Source: Amoebophrya sp. A120 (lineage: Eukaryota > Protista > Dinoflagellata). From it: a stretch of DNA of 64,000 nucleotides. The DNA lies in NCBI GenBank assembly GCA_905178155.1, contig CAJINV010000016.1, positions 1,563,102 through 1,627,101 of the forward strand, given 5' to 3'. The notes under the pieces were generated by a model. It saw only the letters and a list, made by a program, of their open reading frames with translations, searched no databases and was not told where the DNA came from. The translations under genes and the position numbers were made by a program. Shown piece after piece: positions 59,701-64,000 of this stretch; within the stretch, counting starts at the first letter, position 1, and the number at the start of each line of letters is the position of its first letter.

Positions 59701-62550
59701 GTCGTGGAGCTTGATTTCTGGCGCAGAAGCATTCTGGCCCCAGGTGGGGCCAAGTACCGACTTGAAGGAGTACTGCGACGATGTCCGGCGGGTTTCGAAG
59801 CAGAAACATGAGTCCTGCCTCCTTAACTAGCTAAAGACAATTATTACCGAAGCAACCGTTAGCTACTTGCATTCCAAGCACCACAGCAAAGGCAGCATTA
59901 AGAAAACCGGACTTACCTGCTTTGAAAAAAATCTTGAGCTTTCGCTATTAAAAAATATCGCACTTTTTGAAATACCTACACTAACACAGTTTTTTCTTTC
60001 AATAGAAAAGCCGCAAACTCCACCCGGATTTACATCCTATCAGCTTCAAAAGTATCGACAAACTCGTACTACAAATCTGCTAGCTTCCGAAGGCCAACTA
60101 GCCGCAGTATGACAAGCTCCGTTTTTCTTCTTGTTCATGCTGAGAAAATCATTTCTTGAATGCATATGCACCCTGTAGCTGTACTATGGCGTCGTCAAGC
60201 TTGTATTTGCCTCAAGCTGTAAAAAATTTTCCGCGCGCCTTTTTTTGTATTTGATATCCATCACGTTGCACACATATAGCCCCCCACTATGGTGCGCGCC
60301 TAATGAACTAGCTAGCTTATTCGCAGCGCATCTCAGTGGCTAAAGACGGAGCTATCCGGCGCTGCTGCTCCACGGACTTGCCTCGGAGCGCCCCTGCAGC
60401 CTGGAGGTGCTGCAGCAGGTCCTCTTGCAGTCCAGCCGCTAGACAATGGGCCTCATTCTGTGCAAGTCGGTCGGAGTCGAGGGCGCAAACGGAACCTGCC
60501 CCGGCTGCGCCTCCCCTTGTTTCTACTGTCGCGCAGCTGTGCGCGCGTGTACCGGCAGGCGCGCGCGCTTTTTGCCTTTGCGGCTTTTTCATTAAAATGC
60601 GAAAAGCCCGAGAGCCTTTCGGGAAGGGTTCCCAGAGGGGTTCCGGGACCCCTTTTGGGGAGGGGTAGCACCATCGTGATTCGACGAAAAAGCAATAGGC
60701 TTTTTTTTAGGGTTCCGGGCACCCCTCCGGCCCCCCCTTTTTGGAACGGCTCCGGAAAGGCCTCCGCGGCCAACATATGTGCGTGGTGCCCGCTAGAGAC
60801 GAGGAGGCCAGGGCCTGTGTAGACATCTCGCGGGGCGTTTCCAGCCTCACACGCTGACCCAGGCCATAGCGGCAAATAGCTGCACGGAGAGAGCAACCCG
60901 GGAAACGGAGCAAACATTGCGCGCGCCCTGGTCGGAAAGGAGAACCGGGACGCAGTTGGTGAACAGCGACTCAAAGATATCCTGAGTAAAAACGTACCCA
61001 CACCAGAGTCAAGATGGCAAATCTGCTAGACAAATCAGCCAGCTTTGGTCGTTTGGCGTGACAAGTTCGTCCTCGTAGTGTAATCCTGTTTAGGTAGTTC
61101 AGCAGCATCACAGATCTAGTATATCATGCTGATTGTAGCATCACAAATCCCAAAACACGACTACACAATGCCTCTCATGGCGCTCCGCATGACAAACCTT
61201 TACCTTTTTGGCATGCAGATTTGCATGACAACTCTGGCGTGGGTACGTTTTTACTCAGGATAGAAGAGCCGCAAGCTCCACCCGGATTTACATCCTATCA
61301 GCTTGTTCAAAAGTATCGACAAACTCGTACTAATTGCAGACACGTGTGGAAAATCTGCTGCTTTCCAAGGCCAACTAGCCACAGCATGACAAGCTCCGTT
61401 TTTCATTTTCTTCTTGTTCCTGCTGAGAAAATCATTCGTTGAATGCATATGCGTCTTGGTCTTGTACTAGCTAACGATACTTTTGCAAAAATGCATACCT
61501 CTTGGGATGAAGCAAAACTTTGCGTTGCCCATCGCCTGGTGCATTTTCCGGAGCTCGGTGAACTCGGAAATAAACAAATCCGGCTCCGTGTCCTTCCAGT
61601 TCAGAATGGTCTGCCGAATGTTCGGCCCTCCGACCCAAGGGTGCGGACCTGGTGGTCGGTGGAGTTGTAGACATTGGGACCGACGTATTAGTTGTACAAC
61701 TTGAATATCAATTTACATCAATGAACTTCTACGCTCTTGTGCTAAGCAGGCACTGACGTCGTGCCACAAATGAACGAAGCAAGTTGCAGGAGTATTCAAT
61801 CACATTTTGTCATTTTTACCGCGCACCACGTCCGCCCGTCCGAAGAAGCACCCCAGGTATTCCCGCTCCGCCAACGGTTTTGCCATTTCCTGCAGGGAGA
61901 TCAACTCCGTCATGTCCAAATTCCCGGGGATCACGATGTCCTTCCAAGGTTGCCAGGGGGGCTCGATGATCCAAGCTAGGTCGTTGAACAGCTCTGTTTC
62001 CGGGGTCAAGACAATGGATTCGGGGATGTACGACCTCCAGGACTTGGATCAAAAGAAAACAAACACCCATGATCCATTTTTTGCATGACAAACACATGCA
62101 CAGGCGTCGATACATGTTTTAATAGATGACAAATTGCTACATTGGAACAATGGGTCTTTTTTTCTTCTAAACCATAACTCGAACACAGACGTGGACATTC
62201 CAGATCCGAAGGTGAAAACGTGGTCCCGTCCCCGACTGCGCTTGAAATACGGTAGTTTGTCCACCAAATCGATGTAGATTTGGTCAATCTCTTCCATCTT
62301 CCAAATGTTCCCCTCCAGCATGCAGATCGCGTAACCCGGCACGTAGAAAAAATCCGCTTCGTCCGGATCTAACGTTCGGAAAGAGGAGGCGCGGAAAAAG
62401 TCGTGGATCTGCGTCTCCATGCCCCACTGCCCCCGGCCGCAAAACATCGCCCCGATGGTAAGCTTTTTCAGCTCCGGAACTTCTTCCTCGTCGTACACGT
62501 AGACTTTGATTTTGTCGTGGAAGCTGTGTTGCAGCGTCTCGTCTTGCTGC
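56783..62550 (-). CDS. Exostosin-family (GT47) glycosyltransferase, multi-exon, with internal partial duplication
   Basis: KVYVYD...QWGMETQIHDFF...RTLDPDEADFFYVP...PYFKRSRGRDHVF, AKFCFIPRG-KSGWSLRLFESLFTNCVPVLLSDQWELPFEDILD; start not resolved. Confidence 0.88.
57253..58256. mobile_element. Expanded family F introner (1,004 bp) with GC-rich internal insertion, TSD GCTAT
   Basis: TATGAACTGCAAAAGTAACGCACTAGTA ... TACGAGTACGATACTTTTGCACAGGATA; removal joins FRTWDS-DVIGAAG. Confidence 0.85.
57518..57650 (+). repeat. 12-13-bp minisatellite (GCGCGAGAGGGTG)n
   Basis: About 10 tandem units inside the expanded introner. Confidence 0.92.
58665..58986. mobile_element. Introner family I (322 bp), TSD decayed (TTGGA/CGATA)
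   Basis: TATGGCCCGCTCAGGTGTTACAGTCT ... AGATTGTAACACCTCAGAGCAGGTCATA; removal of element plus 5 nt gives CWYR-YPPKNIDV. Confidence 0.7.
59149..59428. mobile_element. Introner family D (280 bp), TSD ACTGG
   Basis: TATCATATGTAAAAACGTCCCCACACCAGAG ... TGGTGTGGGTACGTTTTTACTCAGGATA. Confidence 0.92.
59480..60004. mobile_element. Introner family E, long form (525 bp), TSD GAAGA/GAAAA
   Basis: TATTGAAAGAAAAAACTGTGTTAGTGTAGGT ... ACCTACACTAACACAGTTTTTTCTTTCAATA (31-bp perfect TIR). Confidence 0.9.
60038..60169. mobile_element. Truncated family F introner (duplicate of the left part of 61296-61497)
   Basis: TATCAGCTTCAAAAGTATCGACAAACTCGTACTA...GAATGCATATGC, then homology stops. Confidence 0.75.
60978..61262. 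mobile_element. Introner family D (285 bp), TSD AAAGA/GAAGA
   Basis: TATCCTGAGTAAAAACGTACCCACACCAGAG ... CTCTGGCGTGGGTACGTTTTTACTCAGGATA. Confidence 0.92.
61296..61497. mobile_element. Introner family F (202 bp), TSD CATCC/CCTCT
   Basis: TATCAGCTTGTTCAAAAGTATCG ... CGATACTTTTGCAAAAATGCATA; removal joins FIPRG-KSGW. Confidence 0.82.
62047..62176. mobile_element. Degenerate introner family J (130 bp), TSD ACTTG/ACTCG
   Basis: GATCAAAAGAAAACAAACACCCATGATCCA ... TGGAACAATGGGTCTTTTTTTCTTCTAAACCATA, internal GCATGACAAA; removal gives VFES-WRSYIPES. Confidence 0.72.
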
Positions 62551-62695
62551 GCAAGCAGGCTGGAATAGTGGTTGGGAAGTCTTGGTAATGTGTGTTGATC
62601 TACTCAAGTTGTAGTGTTGTCGTTCTCGTTCTCGATCCAAAATTTTTTTCATGCGTTTTTACGTATCAACAGCTTCAGCGCAACATGAACATTGT

Positions 62696-63933
62696 AAGAG
62701 GCTGCACGATTAATCGACCCCCTTTTCGATACCGAAAAGGGGGGTAGAAGCGGGAATCTGACCGAGTTTACCCCCCCACGCCCCCCTTTTCGAAATTCGG
62801 GGGCTGTTTATCGCGAAGCCTATCGCGAGTCTGAATCCCGGCGGCACGGCGCGTATCATCCCTTTCGCCGCTTTGTTTTTGCAAAAGCGCAGCGGCAGCC
62901 ACATGCGGCACCCAGCTTCGCTGGATTGCAAGGCGCGCTACAGTGCGCAAAGTACACATCGCCGACGCTATGGAGCGAGTTCTCGTTTGTTGTTTTTCTT
63001 TTCGGAAAAAAAAGCGCAAGGGAAGCAAAGCGTAAGCGACGCGCTTTCTGCTTCTCAAAATAAAGCCGGCTCCCGATATCCCAAAACAAAGGGGGCGGCT
63101 TTCTTTCACAGAGCCCACCAGCAGCACAGCTGCCCAGGAGTAAATCATCTCCAACTTGATAGCAGTCCCAGCTGGTTGCAGACGTAGGCCGTCGACCTAC
63201 TGCGCAGAAAAAGAGCTGCTTCGCAGTAGCTTGGGCGCAGTTTGTAGAGGTAGACCAACTGCGGAGCAGCTCTACTGCTAAAAAACGGAGACGGTTCGCA
63301 ATGCGTCATGGCGAAGCTTCTTCGCCTGCGCACAAAGACAGGGCTTTCACAATTGCACAAAAACAGGGCTGCCACACAATAGACCACCAGGGGGGAGGTA
63401 CTTGTGACGCAGCATTGCACAGCCAGCCTCGGGATGTTGCAGCGACCACCTCAGCACTTCCTGCATTTGGAAAAGCTGAGGCGGCCACTTCGACCACTGG
63501 GGCGGCACGTTCTCCGCTGCATGTTCTCCGCTGCGCGCACGTAGCAGCGCGCGCCGCGAGCTTAGCTTTTTTTCAGTCTGCGCGCGCGCATTGCACGCTT
63601 GAAGCGTTTTCTGTTGTTGCACCCGTATGCCGATCCGCGCGCGCGCGCCGCGCGCGCCCAAGAAAATTCTGCTGTTGTGTTTCATTTTGTTCCAGCCACA
63701 CCGCAGAAACCGCAGCAGAAGAGAGACGCGCTGGGAAGCCGCAATAAGAAAACGAAACTTTTTTGCCGGGGCGGGGAAATTGCGGATTTAGATTTGAGGT
63801 CCGAGAAGGAAAATTGGTTGGGTCCGGAGGGACCCGGCCATGTCTGGATACGGCCCGCCCGCCAGACGACCGACCGCACCTACCCCCCCCTTTTCGGTAT
63901 CGAAAAGGGGGCCCATTAATCGTACGGCCTCTA
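62696..63933. mobile_element. Non-autonomous TIR element (~1.24 kb), hAT-like ends
   Basis: ~50-bp TIR (A/T)AGAGGC(T/C)G(C/T)ACGATTAAT..CCCCCTTTTCGATACCGAAAAGGGGGG; 8-bp flanks AACATTGT/AATGATGT (5/8). Confidence 0.7.
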
Positions 63934-64000
63934 AATGATGTAATGCCAGAAAATAAAGACCACTATACCGATAGGTGTCGAGTAAATTCTGTCTTAGCCT

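Noticed and set aside
62710-63919. piggyBac/Kolobok element with TTAA TSD
   Set aside because: The inverted repeat extends about 14 bp beyond both TTAAs, so TTAA is internal to the TIR
1-64000. rRNA, tRNA or spliced-leader genes
   Set aside because: None recognised by eye; a covariance-model search would be needed to exclude them

Overview
Eukaryotic, alveolate-like genomic DNA. It is most consistent with the syndinian dinoflagellate parasite Amoebophrya (inferred from co-oriented genes and TIR/direct-repeat non-canonical introns). All recognisable host genes lie on the minus strand: a SWR1-type SNF2 ATPase, RRP36, an EF-hand protein, a single ~4,200-aa protein ending in a degenerate cytochrome P450 fold, a DHH-family pyrophosphatase, a GT47 exostosin and several hypotheticals. 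Genes in the window are interrupted by 30 complete introner-like insertions (~10 families) with TAT...ATA ends, terminal inverted repeats, mostly 5-bp target duplications and a shared GCAT(C/G)ACAAA motif. In the host genes, removing the element plus one duplication restores the reading frame, usually with no GT-AG available. The main discovery candidate is a ~16.9-kb element (7431-24368) with 381-bp TIRs that also end TAT...ATA and carry the introner motif. It encodes a decayed hAT-like DDE transposase and a tyrosine recombinase, and has lox/dif-like 17-6-17 palindromes at the inner edge of each TIR. It is a plausible autonomous master element for the introners. Family letters A-J are my own labels. 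All translations and alignments were done by eye.
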